NCBI GenBank assembly: GCA_017561575.1
Contig: JAFZBS010000007.1
Coordinates: 15,857-79,856, forward strand
Source: Candidatus Saccharimonadota bacterium
GTDB lineage: Bacteria > Patescibacteriota > Saccharimonadia > Saccharimonadales > Saccharimonadaceae
Reading direction: 5' to 3'
Length of the DNA: 64,000 bases
In this document: positions 27,648 through 38,372 of the stretch, one piece after another
Position numbering within the stretch: position 1 is the first letter of the stretch
Layout: the number at the start of each line of letters is the position of its first letter
The notes under the pieces: model-generated
What the model saw: only the letters and a program-made list of their open reading frames with translations
Told to the model about the DNA's origin: nothing
The model's database searches: none
Translations under genes and position numbers: made by a program

Positions 27648-28274
27648 ATGGGTCAGAAAGTTAATCCCATCTCTTACCGTCTCCAGGTCAGCAAAGACTG
27701 GTCGTCTAAGTGGTTTACCAGGAAGAGCGACTTTCGACGCTGGCTTGTCGAAGATGATAAGATTCGCCATTTGATTGAGGACAGATTCAAATCTCGTCCA
27801 ACGATTGCGCGAATCAATATTGAACGCTCTGCCAATCTTACTACGATTACGATTCTTACCGCGAAAGCTGGTGCCGTAATTGGTAAGCAAGGTGCAGGCA
27901 TCAACGAGCTTAAAACTCAGCTCGAAAAAATCGTAGAGGGCCCAATTCGTATTAATGTCGAAGAGGTCAAAAAACCAGAGCTTAATGCTAAGCTTGTGGC
28001 TGAGAATATTGGTTTTCAGCTCGGTAAGCGTATGAATTTCCGCCGTGCAGTCAAAATGGCACTTTCGTCCACGATGAATGCTGGTGCTAAGGGTGTACGT
28101 ATTGAGGTATCTGGTCGTCTTAATGGCGCCGAGATGTCTCGCCGTGAGAAATTTATCGAAGGTTCAGTGCCTCTACATACACTTAGAGCTGATATTGATT
28201 TTTACTGTCATCACGCACCAACAATTGCTGGTATCGTCGGCGTGAAAGTTTGGATTTATAAGGGAGAGAAATAA
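27648..28274 (+). CDS. rpsC: 30S ribosomal protein S3
   Basis: MGQKVNP, GRLNGAEM and PLHTLRADID. Confidence 0.98.
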   Translation: MGQKVNPISYRLQVSKDWSSKWFTRKSDFRRWLVEDDKIRHLIEDRFKSRPTIARINIERSANLTTITILTAKAGAVIGKQGAGINELKTQLEKIVEGPIRINVEEVKKPELNAKLVAENIGFQLGKRMNFRRAVKMALSSTMNAGAKGVRIEVSGRLNGAEMSRREKFIEGSVPLHTLRADIDFYCHHAPTIAGIVGVKVWIYKGEK

Positions 28275-28275
28275 T

Positions 28276-28695
28276 ATGGCTATTTTACTTCCAAAGAAGA
28301 CTGCACACCGTAAGGTTCGCAAAGGTAAAAACGAAGGTGTTGCCACACGTTGTAACACCGTAGCGTTTGGTGATTATGGTTTGATGTCACTTGACAACGA
28401 GCGCGTTAATTCAAAGCAAATTGAAGCAGCTCGCCAGGCGATAACGCGTTATATTAAGCGCGGTGGTAAAATTTGGATTCGAATTTTTCCACATACACCA
28501 GTTACTAAGAAACCACTTGATGTAAAAATGGGTTCTGGTAAAGGTGAGCCGCAATTCTTTGTGGCGAAGGTAAAGGCTGGTACGGTGATGTTCGAAATTG
28601 CTGATGTGACTGATGAGCAGGCAAAGGAAGCACTTCGCTTGGCGTCGCACAAATTACCAGTAAAATGTAAAATTATAAAGAGAGAGGAGTTCTAA
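28276..28695 (+). CDS. rplP: 50S ribosomal protein L16
   Basis: QIEAAR, WIRIFP and MGSGKG. Confidence 0.98.
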   Translation: MAILLPKKTAHRKVRKGKNEGVATRCNTVAFGDYGLMSLDNERVNSKQIEAARQAITRYIKRGGKIWIRIFPHTPVTKKPLDVKMGSGKGEPQFFVAKVKAGTVMFEIADVTDEQAKEALRLASHKLPVKCKIIKREEF

Positions 28696-28696
28696 A

Positions 28697-29056
28697 ATGG
28701 CACACACACTCATAGGGGTAGTAACTTCCGACAAGCGTGACAAGACCATTACCGTCTCGATCACGAGTCGTGAAACTCACCCGCTTTATCGTAAACAATA
28801 TACAAAGACTCGCAAATACACTGCGCATGATGAAAAGAATGAGGCTGGTGTTGGCGATCGCGTAGAAATCATGGCTGTACGCCCACTTTCTAAGACGAAA
28901 GCTTATACTTTGGTCAAGGTGCTCGAAAAGTCACATGGCAAAGTTGAGCTCAAAGAGGGTGTAAGCGAAGTGGTACATGAGAAAAAAGTTGGAGCAGATG
29001 AAATCGCTAGAGCAGAAAAAGAAGCCGATGCTAAGATTGAAGGGGAGGAAGAGTAA
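28697..29056 (+). CDS. rpsQ: 30S ribosomal protein S17 with a C-terminal extension
   Basis: [19 protein letters not shown] and RPLSKTK. Confidence 0.96.
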   Translation: MAHTLIGVVTSDKRDKTITVSITSRETHPLYRKQYTKTRKYTAHDEKNEAGVGDRVEIMAVRPLSKTKAYTLVKVLEKSHGKVELKEGVSEVVHEKKVGADEIARAEKEADAKIEGEEE

Positions 29057-29424
29057 TGATACAACAAGAAACTAGATTAAAAGTAGCCGACAACAGTGGC
29101 GCTAAGGAGCTCGGAGTAATTCGGGTGCTTGGTGGCACTCGTGCTAGGTATGCTAGAGTTGGTGATATTGTAACTTGTTCTGTTAAGGATGCATCTCCAA
29201 CTGGCAACATTAAGAAAAAGGCCGTAGTGAAGGCTGTGATTGTTCGCACGGTCATGCCAATTCGTCGTCCAGATGGTTCTACTATCCGCTTTGACGAAAA
29301 TGCTGCAGTACTCGTGAACGAAGACAAAACGCCAAAAGGAACGCGCGTATTTGGTCCGATTCCACGTGAACTTCGCGATTTAGGTTTTAATAAGATTATT
29401 AGCCTCGCACCGGAGGTACTCTAA
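29056..29424 (+). CDS. rplN: 50S ribosomal protein L14
   Basis: VADNSGA and IISLAPEVL. Confidence 0.98.
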   Translation: MIQQETRLKVADNSGAKELGVIRVLGGTRARYARVGDIVTCSVKDASPTGNIKKKAVVKAVIVRTVMPIRRPDGSTIRFDENAAVLVNEDKTPKGTRVFGPIPRELRDLGFNKIISLAPEVL

Positions 29425-29425
29425 A

Positions 29426-29716
29426 ATGAAAATTGGTGATAAAGTAAAAGTTATTTCTGGTGACGAAAAAGGCAAGGAAGCCAAGATTGTACGTATCGAT
29501 CGCAAGCTTGGCAGGGCTTGTCTTGAAGGAATCGGCATCATTGAAAGACACATGAAAAAGTCTTATACTAATCCAAAAGGTGGAAAGAAGACAATTCATG
29601 TTGGCATTCATATGTCGAATTTGAAAGTCGTCGAGGCCGCAAAGCCAGTTAAGGCTGATAAGGCAGACAAGTCAGATAAGTCTGGCAAGAAAAAGCTAAA
29701 GAAAGGAGCTAAATAA
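29426..29716 (+). CDS. rplX: 50S ribosomal protein L24
   Basis: KOW motif GDKVKVISGDEKGK and IHMSN. Confidence 0.95.
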   Translation: MKIGDKVKVISGDEKGKEAKIVRIDRKLGRACLEGIGIIERHMKKSYTNPKGGKKTIHVGIHMSNLKVVEAAKPVKADKADKSDKSGKKKLKKGAK

Positions 29717-30327
29717 TGGCGGAAAAGAAAACGGCTGCCAAAACTTCAGCTAAAAAAGTTGAAGTAAAAGCACAACCACGCCTCAAAGCTCTCTATAATG
29801 CGGAGCTAAAGGCGAAACTGAAAAAAGAGCTTGGGCTTGATAATATAAATCAAGCACCAGAGCTTAAGAAGGTCGTAGTTTCGGCTGGTGTAGGCAAAAA
29901 ACGTGAGGATAAAAAATATACCGAAACGGTAGAACTTACTCTTGCGAAGATTACTGGTCAGAAGGCAACTTCTCGCTTAGCAAAGAAATCGATTGCTACA
30001 TTTAAAATTCGTAAAGGCATGGGTGCGCCAGTCGGCTATCTCACTACTTTGCGCAACGACAAAATGTATGAATTTGTCGATCGTCTAATTAATGTAGCTT
30101 TGCCTCATGTACGTGATTTTCACGGTGTATCTAGGACTGCGTTTGATAAGCAAGGTAATTACAATTTGGGTCTTAAGGAACAGACCGTATTCCCAGAGAT
30201 TACTTTTGAAGATGCAGCTGTAATGCATGGCCTTGAGATTACGTTTATTATTAAAAATGGTTCAAAGGAAGGAAGCACTAAATTGCTAGAACTGTTCGGA
30301 ATGCCGTTTGAGAAGGAGGGCAAGTAG
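29716..30327 (+). CDS. rplE: 50S ribosomal protein L5
   Basis: [18 protein letters not shown] and FD.QGNY.LG. Confidence 0.97.
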   Translation: MAEKKTAAKTSAKKVEVKAQPRLKALYNAELKAKLKKELGLDNINQAPELKKVVVSAGVGKKREDKKYTETVELTLAKITGQKATSRLAKKSIATFKIRKGMGAPVGYLTTLRNDKMYEFVDRLINVALPHVRDFHGVSRTAFDKQGNYNLGLKEQTVFPEITFEDAAVMHGLEITFIIKNGSKEGSTKLLELFGMPFEKEGK

Positions 30328-30328
30328 T

Positions 30329-30598
30329 ATGGCAAAGAAATCTGCAGTACTGCGTGATGAAAAACGTCGCAAAATGTACGAAAAATATAAAGCTAAACGC
30401 GCTGAGCTAAAAGCTGCTGGTGACCTTGAAGGTCTTCAGAAGTTGCCACGCAATTCTTCGGTCACTAGACTAAAGAATCGTGATTTGCTAGATGGCCGTC
30501 CACGTGGCTATATGCGTCGTTTTGGTTTGTCGCGTATTAATTTCCGGGAAAAAGCAAGTAAAGGTGAAATTCCTGGTGTAACTAAGAGTAGCTGGTAA
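30329..30598 (+). CDS. rpsN: 30S ribosomal protein S14, long zinc-free type
   Basis: LPRNSS..R.NR...GRPRG..R.FGLSR...PGV.KSSW, with no Cys. Confidence 0.97.
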   Translation: MAKKSAVLRDEKRRKMYEKYKAKRAELKAAGDLEGLQKLPRNSSVTRLKNRDLLDGRPRGYMRRFGLSRINFREKASKGEIPGVTKSSW

Positions 30599-30613
30599 GG
30601 AGAAAGGAGAAAT

Positions 30614-31015
30614 ATGTCTATTCAATCAACAGATCAAGTCGCCGACCTCATTACCCGCATCCGCAATGCGATTGAAGTTGGCAAAAATGAAATTGTGGTA
30701 CCTACCTCAAAGCTAAAAGTAGCAGTAGTTGACGTTTTGAAGAAAAATGGCTACATTGCTTCATTTGAAGTAGTTGATGGTACGCCACGTGGTGTTCTTC
30801 GTATAGTGGTGAATGAGCCTGGCACGGTAGCTAAGATCAATGAGATTACTAAGGTTTCAAAACCAGGTCGTCGCGTGTATGCTGGCGCCGCTGAACTAAA
30901 GGCAGTGAAGTCTGGTCGTGGCATGGTGATCGTATCAACCTCTAGAGGATTGATGACTGGTCGCGAAGCTCGTAAAAATGGGCTTGGTGGCGAAGTGCTC
31001 GTAAGAGTTTGGTAA
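30614..31015 (+). CDS. rpsH: 30S ribosomal protein S8
   Basis: D.VADLITRIRNA, SKPGRRVY and GGEVL. Confidence 0.97.
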   Translation: MSIQSTDQVADLITRIRNAIEVGKNEIVVPTSKLKVAVVDVLKKNGYIASFEVVDGTPRGVLRIVVNEPGTVAKINEITKVSKPGRRVYAGAAELKAVKSGRGMVIVSTSRGLMTGREARKNGLGGEVLVRVW

Positions 31016-31022
31016 AATCATT

Positions 31023-31056
31023 AAACAAAAAATCACCGTAAGGTGATTTTTTGTTT
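31023..31056 (+). terminator. Intrinsic terminator after rpsH
   Basis: AAACAAAAAATCACC-gtaa-GGTGATTTTTTGTTT. Confidence 0.85.
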
Positions 31057-31140
31057 GGTTTATAATGCACTTAAGGTTGACCTCTGTTAACTGGTGTGGT
31101 AAGATGGTTGCAAACTACAGAGTAGTGAAGGAGAAAAACA

Positions 31141-34100
31141 ATGAATATAAAGCGTAAAATATTAAATATTTTCGCGGCGGCTGTGGTGTTGATTGGTACA
31201 ATACCAATTTCTATTTTCGGCGCGCATGCGGCAGAACAACCGGGAGCGGTGCCGGATAGTCAAAAAACCGTGACTGATAATGGTGACGGTTCGTATGATA
31301 TTACGCTCCAAATTACCGGTAAGTCTTCGACTGAGCCTACTACGACCAAGACGGATGTGGTGTTGGTGTATGATGTATCGCGCAGTATGGCGACAGATAA
31401 CGTCTATGAGCCAAACGAGAAGGGTACTTGGGGTTACTATGAAGGTGCGTACGGTGAGACCGATGGTAATTATGCACTACTGTTCGAGAGAGTAGGTAAT
31501 AACAATTATAGACAGTTGAGCAATACGGGTACGACCAATCTTGAGACGGTTTATGTAAAAATTCGTAACGGCAACAATAATAACGCATATAGTGTATATA
31601 GTGGACCGCGTTTTGAAAATACTTTTAATAATAGCGATGCGGCAAATACGAGCCGTTATGCGCATGCCGAACCGGCTTTACAATCTCTTGAAGCTGCGCT
31701 TGGGGAATATTCGAATGTAATACTTCATAGAATAATTTTTGGTGAAACTGCTAGAGTCGTAGAAGAATTTGACTATGGGCATTATAATGATTGGGCAACT
31801 GATTGGGGGGCTGCACTTGAACTAGCAAATAGTACCGGAAATGCTGAGGGACACAATAAAGTTGTGATATTCATTTCGGACGGTAATCCCCGCTCTGTAA
31901 ACAATATGACTAATGATCCGGCACCGAATTTGGTTGTATATAATAATGCTGTGACTGCGGCTAGGGCGATTGTAAGTAGCGGAGCGGACTTTTATGGTAT
32001 TGGTGCATTTGGTGATGTTACTAACATGCAATCGCTAGTTACTTCGAGTGGTATTTCTTCTCCAGATGATCACTACTATTCTGTTAATAATGGTACGCAA
32101 CTTCAGGCAGCTCTCGATGAAATTTTGGATGCCATCATAAAGCTTACTGTGACTGATATTAAGATTACGGATGTTGTGACTGCGGCAACTTCGACTGAAG
32201 TAAATGGCAATGCGGGGGCATTTAGATATAGTGTGCCGACATCGTGGGGCAGCGATTATGGAAAGGCGGAGTTTAGGGATGGTGCAGTGTATTGGAACCC
32301 AGGTCGGGATAAGACTTTGTCAAATGGCGATACTGCATCGGTGACGTTTACGGTTTGGCCAAGCCAGGCAGCAATGGACTGTATTGCAGCGATTAGGAAT
32401 GGTGGCACTTGCGAACAGACTAATTTGGCAGCATATGGCTTGATAGAATCTGACGGTAGCTATAGGCTAAAGACTAATACCTCGGCATCGTTTACTTATC
32501 GTACACGTACTGAAGATGAAGATGGCAATATTGTTGACTCAGTGGAATCTAGCCCGCAAACTATTCCGGAGAAACCATATAATGCAACTCTTCCAGAGAC
32601 TAGGCTTAAAGTTACGAAGATTTGGGCGGATGGAATGGATGATGGTCAGCGCGACGATATCGCGTCAGTCTCGCTAGATCTTTACGTGGATAGAGCTACT
32701 AATCCAGAACCAGTGAGACAATATGTATTTGACAATACGAACGAAAGTAACGATACTTGGGTTGGTAACGAAAATGTCAGCGGTTATACTTATGCAGTAG
32801 CGCCTGGCGTGATGAAGAAACTAGAAGGTAGCGAGGAACTTGAAGCCGTAGCGAAGCGAATTGTAAAAGTAAATGGTGTAGATTATGCAGTGCTAGAGGA
32901 AGGGCATGATTACGAATTTGATGAACATGTTGAACTCAACCAAAATGGTTCAAACCACTATCATATCACAAAGAGAACTTATCACCCAATGATTGTGGGT
33001 GAGGGTGGCAAGATTCATGATGTAGTGTTTGATGGCAATACTGCGACGATTGAACCGGTTGGTTTGTCTGCGTTGTCGGTAGAAAATACTTTGAATGGTG
33101 GTATCTTGGTATCGAAAGTAGTAGAGAATAATGGTTCGGAAGATGCGTCAGTCACTGATGAATTTGAAATCACGATTACCTTGACTGCGCCAGCAGGCGA
33201 GACAACTACTCCGAAGGGTAAGTATCGTATTATTACCCATAATGCCGATGGGACAACTACAAGAACTGACAAAATTGATTATACTGGCTTTGTTAAAGCT
33301 AAGATTAAGGTCAATCAGCAGATTATGGTGACGGATGTTCCGACTGGTACGACATTTGAGGTGACGGAGACATTGCCAGAAGGCTATAATAGCAATAAGG
33401 TCACCTATAAGCTCGTCAAATATGATGGCACTGCAGATGTAGAGGGTAGCCAAATGGTGGAGGGCAATGCTAGCTCGACTGCGGTTGTGACTAACTATCT
33501 CACATCTGGTAATCTTGTAATTTCGAAGGAAGTGACTGCGACGAGTGGTGATCTAAAGGAAGCACAGAAAAAAATCTTTAACTTTACAGTAGACTTTTAC
33601 GAGAACGAGAATAGTACTAAGGTGATTAGAACTGAGACGTTTGAGCTCGGGCATGGCGAGACTAAGACTATTAAGAATATTCCGCTTGGATTCTATTATA
33701 AGATTACCGAGGCGGCAAAGGCTGGATTTAACGGCGGCAAAGCAACCGTCAAAACTGGTACCATTGGCGATGGTGATAATGAAGAAAACTTCATTAATAC
33801 TTACGCTATCACAACTGGTTTGACTGGTGATGATGCGAAGATTGTGGCAACCAAGAGCTTTACGACTGGATATGACCAATTCTGGTTGAATGACGATGAG
33901 TTTTACTTCTTCGCCACTGGCAATGGTGAGACTTTGGAGAGCGGAGCGGTTACCCGTGTTAATCCTACGGCTGAGTTTGAGGTAAATATAATTAAGGTCG
34001 GGACATTTGAATATCGAATTAGTGAAAAAACGACTGACGAAAATGGTCAAAGCCTCTTTAGACCGGGTGTTTTGAGGTCTGAGGATGACGATGACATCAT

Positions 34101-35229
34101 TGTTACGATTGTAACGGCCGACAATGGTGATGGAACTTTGAAGTTAGTCTCGAAAACATATTCCAAGGAGTCAAAAAAGATATTCAATACATACAATGCG
34201 ACCGGTACTTTGGGTGAGGGAGAAACAGAAGGTGCTCTCAAGTTTGAGAAGGTGCTTGAAGGTAGGGATTGGCAAGACTTTGATAAGTATACTTTTACAA
34301 TCGAGAGCAAGGATGGAAAATTGCCAGCGAAAACAACGAAAACTGTAAGAAAAGGTCAGACTGAATTTGACTTCGGCACCATAAAGTATACGGCGGAAGA
34401 CGTAGGAAAAACTTATAATTATGTCGTGCGTGAATCGTTTGACTCTAGCGTAATGAAGGGTGTTGAAGCCAAGAATCCAAGCGGAATTTCATTTACGGTG
34501 ATTGTAAAAGATAATGAGGATGGAACGCTTCAGCTTGAAGTTTCTGAGTACGAGCATACTTTTGTGAATGTTTATACTCCTGATAGCGTAACCACAGATG
34601 AAAGTGATCTTACCAAGGATTTGTTTAAGATTTCCAAGAAAGTCAAAGATGAGTCTGGTGAATTTGAAGGTGAAAAGTTTGTCTTTACAATTGAATCAGA
34701 AGATTTTGAAACGAAGACTGTGGAAATTGAGACTGCTAGCAAAGCCTCAGCTAAGGCGGAGGGCGCTTATACCTTTACTGAAGCTGGAACATATAAGTTT
34801 GTGGTAAAGGAAACTCCTGGTGAAAATAGCGAAATGACTTATGATGAAACTGAGTATAAAGTTGAAATTGTGGTAGTAGATAATCCTGCGAAAGGTAAAC
34901 TTAAAATTAAGAGCGCGAAGATTAATGGTAAGGATGCCAAAGATGCGAAATTGTCATTTACTAACGTGTACGAACCGGAACCAGAACCGGAACCGGAACC
35001 AGAACCTGAACCGGAACCAGAACCTGAACCAGAGCCGGTTGATCCGTGCGAGCTTGGTGGCTGTGGTGGAGATATCATTATTCCGGTAGTGCCAGACACT
35101 GGTAAGTTTGTGAAAACTGAAGGGAGTGATGGCGCAACTTTTGCAAATTACTGGGTTGGTATAGCCGCATTTGTATTTGCTCTCCCACTAGTGCTTATTG
35201 GTAAAAAGCGTCATATATTGACAAAATAG
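31141..35229 (+). CDS. Large surface adhesin: vWA domain, pilin-like Ig repeats (DUF5979/Spy0128-like), (PE)n linker and VPDTG-TM-basic tail
   Basis: Signal peptide, MIDAS motif DVSRSM...ISDG, repeated K...F.F...Y.V.E...F.N.Y units, and a C-terminal sorting-like signal. Confidence 0.88.
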   Translation: MNIKRKILNIFAAAVVLIGTIPISIFGAHAAEQPGAVPDSQKTVTDNGDGSYDITLQITGKSSTEPTTTKTDVVLVYDVSRSMATDNVYEPNEKGTWGYYEGAYGETDGNYALLFERVGNNNYRQLSNTGTTNLETVYVKIRNGNNNNAYSVYSGPRFENTFNNSDAANTSRYAHAEPALQSLEAALGEYSNVILHRIIFGETARVVEEFDYGHYNDWATDWGAALELANSTGNAEGHNKVVIFISDGNPRSVNNMTNDPAPNLVVYNNAVTAARAIVSSGADFYGIGAFGDVTNMQSLVTSSGISSPDDHYYSVNNGTQLQAALDEILDAIIKLTVTDIKITDVVTAATSTEVNGNAGAFRYSVPTSWGSDYGKAEFRDGAVYWNPGRDKTLSNGDTASVTFTVWPSQAAMDCIAAIRNGGTCEQTNLAAYGLIESDGSYRLKTNTSASFTYRTRTEDEDGNIVDSVESSPQTIPEKPYNATLPETRLKVTKIWADGMDDGQRDDIASVSLDLYVDRATNPEPVRQYVFDNTNESNDTWVGNENVSGYTYAVAPGVMKKLEGSEELEAVAKRIVKVNGVDYAVLEEGHDYEFDEHVELNQNGSNHYHITKRTYHPMIVGEGGKIHDVVFDGNTATIEPVGLSALSVENTLNGGILVSKVVENNGSEDASVTDEFEITITLTAPAGETTTPKGKYRIITHNADGTTTRTDKIDYTGFVKAKIKVNQQIMVTDVPTGTTFEVTETLPEGYNSNKVTYKLVKYDGTADVEGSQMVEGNASSTAVVTNYLTSGNLVISKEVTATSGDLKEAQKKIFNFTVDFYENENSTKVIRTETFELGHGETKTIKNIPLGFYYKITEAAKAGFNGGKATVKTGTIGDGDNEENFINTYAITTGLTGDDAKIVATKSFTTGYDQFWLNDDEFYFFATGNGETLESGAVTRVNPTAEFEVNIIKVGTFEYRISEKTTDENGQSLFRPGVLRSEDDDDIIVTIVTADNGDGTLKLVSKTYSKESKKIFNTYNATGTLGEGETEGALKFEKVLEGRDWQDFDKYTFTIESKDGKLPAKTTKTVRKGQTEFDFGTIKYTAEDVGKTYNYVVRESFDSSVMKGVEAKNPSGISFTVIVKDNEDGTLQLEVSEYEHTFVNVYTPDSVTTDESDLTKDLFKISKKVKDESGEFEGEKFVFTIESEDFETKTVEIETASKASAKAEGAYTFTEAGTYKFVVKETPGENSEMTYDETEYKVEIVVVDNPAKGKLKIKSAKINGKDAKDAKLSFTNVYEPEPEPEPEPEPEPEPEPEPEPVDPCELGGCGGDIIIPVVPDTGKFVKTEGSDGATFANYWVGIAAFVFALPLVLIGKKRHILTK
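34972..35037 (+). repeat. Coding tandem repeat (GAACCN)n encoding Glu-Pro
   Basis: About 11 EP units. Confidence 0.9.
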
Positions 35230-35378
35230 CATAAGTGTGATATAATGGTAAGATAGACCATCAAAATCCCTCTGTAAACAGGGGGATTTTTGGTGGAAAA
35301 GTGAAATTTTTTGTCATTTGCTTATTGACTTAAGTATTTTAGTGGCTTATAATCATAAGTAGATAAATGGAGGAAAAT

Positions 35379-37730
35379 ATGGCAAAACATAAAATAGCTT
35401 GTGCTTTGACAGTAGCAGCTACTTTAGGCTCGGTTTTTTTGTTTCCAGCAAAAACATTTGCTGTCGAACATAATTTACTAGAGTCTTGCGAAGGCGTGGA
35501 GGAAACCTGCGCTGTTGTAACATCTTCGGATGAGCTTGCGGCTGCTATCAACGGTGGCGTAAATACCGTAGTTGTCGGAGCAGATTTTGATATGCTTACG
35601 GACTATTATACCGTTGCGGATTTAAATCTATATCTTAATAATTACACCATTACTACTGATGGGTGGTCAATTATTAATGACCTTGGCAGTATGGTAATTA
35701 ATGCTGGTGAAAATGGTAAGGTTGTGGAAATTGGCGGCGTGTACGCTCCTTTTTATATCCATGGCAATACCATAATGAATGCTGGTACAATTGAAGCGGC
35801 CGAGCAGGCTTTGTACGTCAGTGACGAAGGCGCATCATTTACGATGTATGGTGGTAAAATTTCGGGTGCTACTTCTGGTGTCACTTTGGATGACGGTGCA
35901 ACTTTTGTACTTGAGGACGGTGAGATTGAAGGTGGAACATGGGTTGTGATTGCCTTTAATGATACAGAGTTTACCATGAATGGTGGTAAAGTTACTACTA
36001 CCGGTCCAGATAGTATTGGCGTTTCTGGTAATGGTACGTCAAATCCAGAGAGCGGCAATTATGGCGGTAATGCGGTATTCTCGCTTAATGCTGGTGAAAT
36101 TACTTCCAATGATCTCGGTGTTTATGCTCCGCAGGTTGGTGGCGAGACTTATCTTGGTCCTGATTTGGTCATCAACGCCACGAAAGCCGGTGTTGAGGTG
36201 CGTGCAGGGCATTTGACCGTAGATGGGACAACGATTAATGTTGATGGTGATACCCCGTATGCGTTTAATCCAAATGGTAGTGGTTCAACGGCAACAGGCG
36301 TTGCGATTGCGGTCGCACAGCATACTACAAAACAGGCTATTTCTGCAGAAGTAATTGATGGTAATTTCACGGCACCAGTTGCGTTTGCTGAAGGGAATCC
36401 ACAAGCAAACGAAGAAGAGGATGTCGAAAAAGTTTCCCTTTCTATTACTGGTGGTACCTTCAATGCAACAAATGGCGACCCAATTGTAGCAAGTGAAGAT
36501 GTCGAAAAGTTTATTACCGGTGGTAACTATAGCAAGGCTGTAGATACTAAATATATTGCTGATGACTATACAGAATATGAGTTGCCTGATAACACTTGGA
36601 CTGTAGACGAGGTTCCTTCATATACGCTTCCTGATGAAATATATGTACAGGTGGGCGAATCTGTGGCCGTTGAGGGAAGTGTTGCTCCAGAATATTTCTC
36701 GGCTGGGGTAGTTGATAGTAAGGCAACCCTCGATTTAGAAAATGGTACCGTAACTGGTGTCGAAGCTGGTAGTACTGAAATAATGATTTCTTGGTACGAT
36801 ATTGACGAGACGACTGTTTCAGTACCTGTTGTTGTGTACGATGTCGAATCGACAGATAGTGCAGAACTCACGGACGACGGCGAGACCATCAAGGACACTA
36901 CTGCTGAATTGATTGCCGACTTCCTCCAAAATGGTAACGATGGTGAGGTGTATAGCACTGAAAAAGGCACGTTTGAAAATTTGGAAGCACTAAAGTCTGC
37001 GCTTGCAGATGGTGAATTGGTCACGTCTGATCTTGAAGTGCATACTATTGATATGAACGACCAAGATTGGGTTGATGAAATAAGAACTAAATTTGCTGAA
37101 GAACTGAAAGATAATGAACAAATCGCGATGGTTTACTTCATTAATTTGCCTGTGTATGTTGGTGGGGAACAGTTCGGTGAATTATTCAAGCTAAATGAAA
37201 CTGTTACTTTGAGACTCGGTATTCCGGCCGGTTTGCCAGAAGTACCAGAAGGCTTTACAAGGCAATTTGCGGTATTGCGTTATCACCGCGATAATGGTGG
37301 CACGGTCACAAGACTTGATACAACAGTAGATGGCGAAGACGCGGTAGTGGAAAATGATTTGTTCTCCGATTTTGTCTTGGCTTATGAGGATGTAGAAAAC
37401 AACCCAGAGGGTGATACACCAGGTGAAGGTGGTGATGGTGAAGATACCCCAGGTGAAGATACCCCAGGTGAAGACACTCCAGGTGAGGGTGATGATGGTG
37501 AGGATACACCAGGTGAAGATACACCGGGTGAAGAAGGCGATGATGTCCCAGGTGATGATACTCCAAGTGAAGAAACTCCAGATGAAGAAGGTGAAGCTGG
37601 TGCTCCAGAAACTGGTGCCAGTACAGCGGCTTCTGAGTTTTCTTCAAGCTTAGCAGCTATTACTGCCACGATTGCGGCAATTGTCGTTATGGCTTCTAGC
37701 TTTAAGTTCCTCCGTAAAAACCGCAGATAA
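35379..37730 (+). CDS. Acidic surface protein with a beta-helix-like region, GEDTP repeats and APETG-TM-basic tail
   Basis: Signal peptide, recurrent F.M.GG.I motifs, and C-terminal APETG followed by a hydrophobic segment and RKNRR. Confidence 0.8.
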   Translation: MAKHKIACALTVAATLGSVFLFPAKTFAVEHNLLESCEGVEETCAVVTSSDELAAAINGGVNTVVVGADFDMLTDYYTVADLNLYLNNYTITTDGWSIINDLGSMVINAGENGKVVEIGGVYAPFYIHGNTIMNAGTIEAAEQALYVSDEGASFTMYGGKISGATSGVTLDDGATFVLEDGEIEGGTWVVIAFNDTEFTMNGGKVTTTGPDSIGVSGNGTSNPESGNYGGNAVFSLNAGEITSNDLGVYAPQVGGETYLGPDLVINATKAGVEVRAGHLTVDGTTINVDGDTPYAFNPNGSGSTATGVAIAVAQHTTKQAISAEVIDGNFTAPVAFAEGNPQANEEEDVEKVSLSITGGTFNATNGDPIVASEDVEKFITGGNYSKAVDTKYIADDYTEYELPDNTWTVDEVPSYTLPDEIYVQVGESVAVEGSVAPEYFSAGVVDSKATLDLENGTVTGVEAGSTEIMISWYDIDETTVSVPVVVYDVESTDSAELTDDGETIKDTTAELIADFLQNGNDGEVYSTEKGTFENLEALKSALADGELVTSDLEVHTIDMNDQDWVDEIRTKFAEELKDNEQIAMVYFINLPVYVGGEQFGELFKLNETVTLRLGIPAGLPEVPEGFTRQFAVLRYHRDNGGTVTRLDTTVDGEDAVVENDLFSDFVLAYEDVENNPEGDTPGEGGDGEDTPGEDTPGEDTPGEGDDGEDTPGEDTPGEEGDDVPGDDTPSEETPDEEGEAGAPETGASTAASEFSSSLAAITATIAAIVVMASSFKFLRKNRR
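37409..37580 (+). repeat. Coding tandem repeats encoding (GEDTP)n
   Basis: GGTGAAGATACNCCA units. Confidence 0.85.
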
Positions 37731-37835
37731 ATAAACAAAAAGTTTTCGTAAAATCCCCTTGAAATATAGGGGATTTTGCTTGTATTTTGATGAAAAGTAT
37801 GATATAATGATACGGATATTAATGTAAAGGAAGAT

Positions 37836-38372
37836 ATGAGTCGTATCGGAAAACAACCCATCGATATTCCGGCGGGAGTGACAATCACGGTCGGCGACAA
37901 GGAGATTACTGTCGCAGGCCCGAAGGGTCAACTCATCGTTCCGGTTCAGCCTCAGACTACTACAAAGGTCGAAGGCACTCAAATCGTGGTCACAAGAAGT
38001 GGCGACGAGCCAAAGTCTCGAGCTTGGCACGGTCTTCAGCGCGCGCTTTTAAACAACGCCGTGAAGGGTGTGACAAAAGGTTACGAGAAAAAACTAGAAA
38101 TAAATGGTGTAGGTTTTCGTCTATCTGGTGGTGGACAGGAAATTGAAATGGCGCTTGGCTTTTCACATCCTGTAAAGTACAAAGCTCCAGAAGGCGTACA
38201 ACTTGCTACCAATAAAATGGAAATCACGGTAAGTGGCATCGACAAACAAAAAGTTGGTCAGGTTGCCGCTGAAATCCGTAGCCTAAAGAAGCCAGAACCA
38301 TACAAGGGTAAAGGCATTAAATATGTGGATGAAGTTATTATTCGCAAGGCTGGAAAGGCAGGGAAGAAATAA
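37836..38372 (+). CDS. rplF: 50S ribosomal protein L6
   Basis: MSRIGKQP and PEPYKGKGI. Has its own TGATATAAT promoter. Confidence 0.98.
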   Translation: MSRIGKQPIDIPAGVTITVGDKEITVAGPKGQLIVPVQPQTTTKVEGTQIVVTRSGDEPKSRAWHGLQRALLNNAVKGVTKGYEKKLEINGVGFRLSGGGQEIEMALGFSHPVKYKAPEGVQLATNKMEITVSGIDKQKVGQVAAEIRSLKKPEPYKGKGIKYVDEVIIRKAGKAGKK

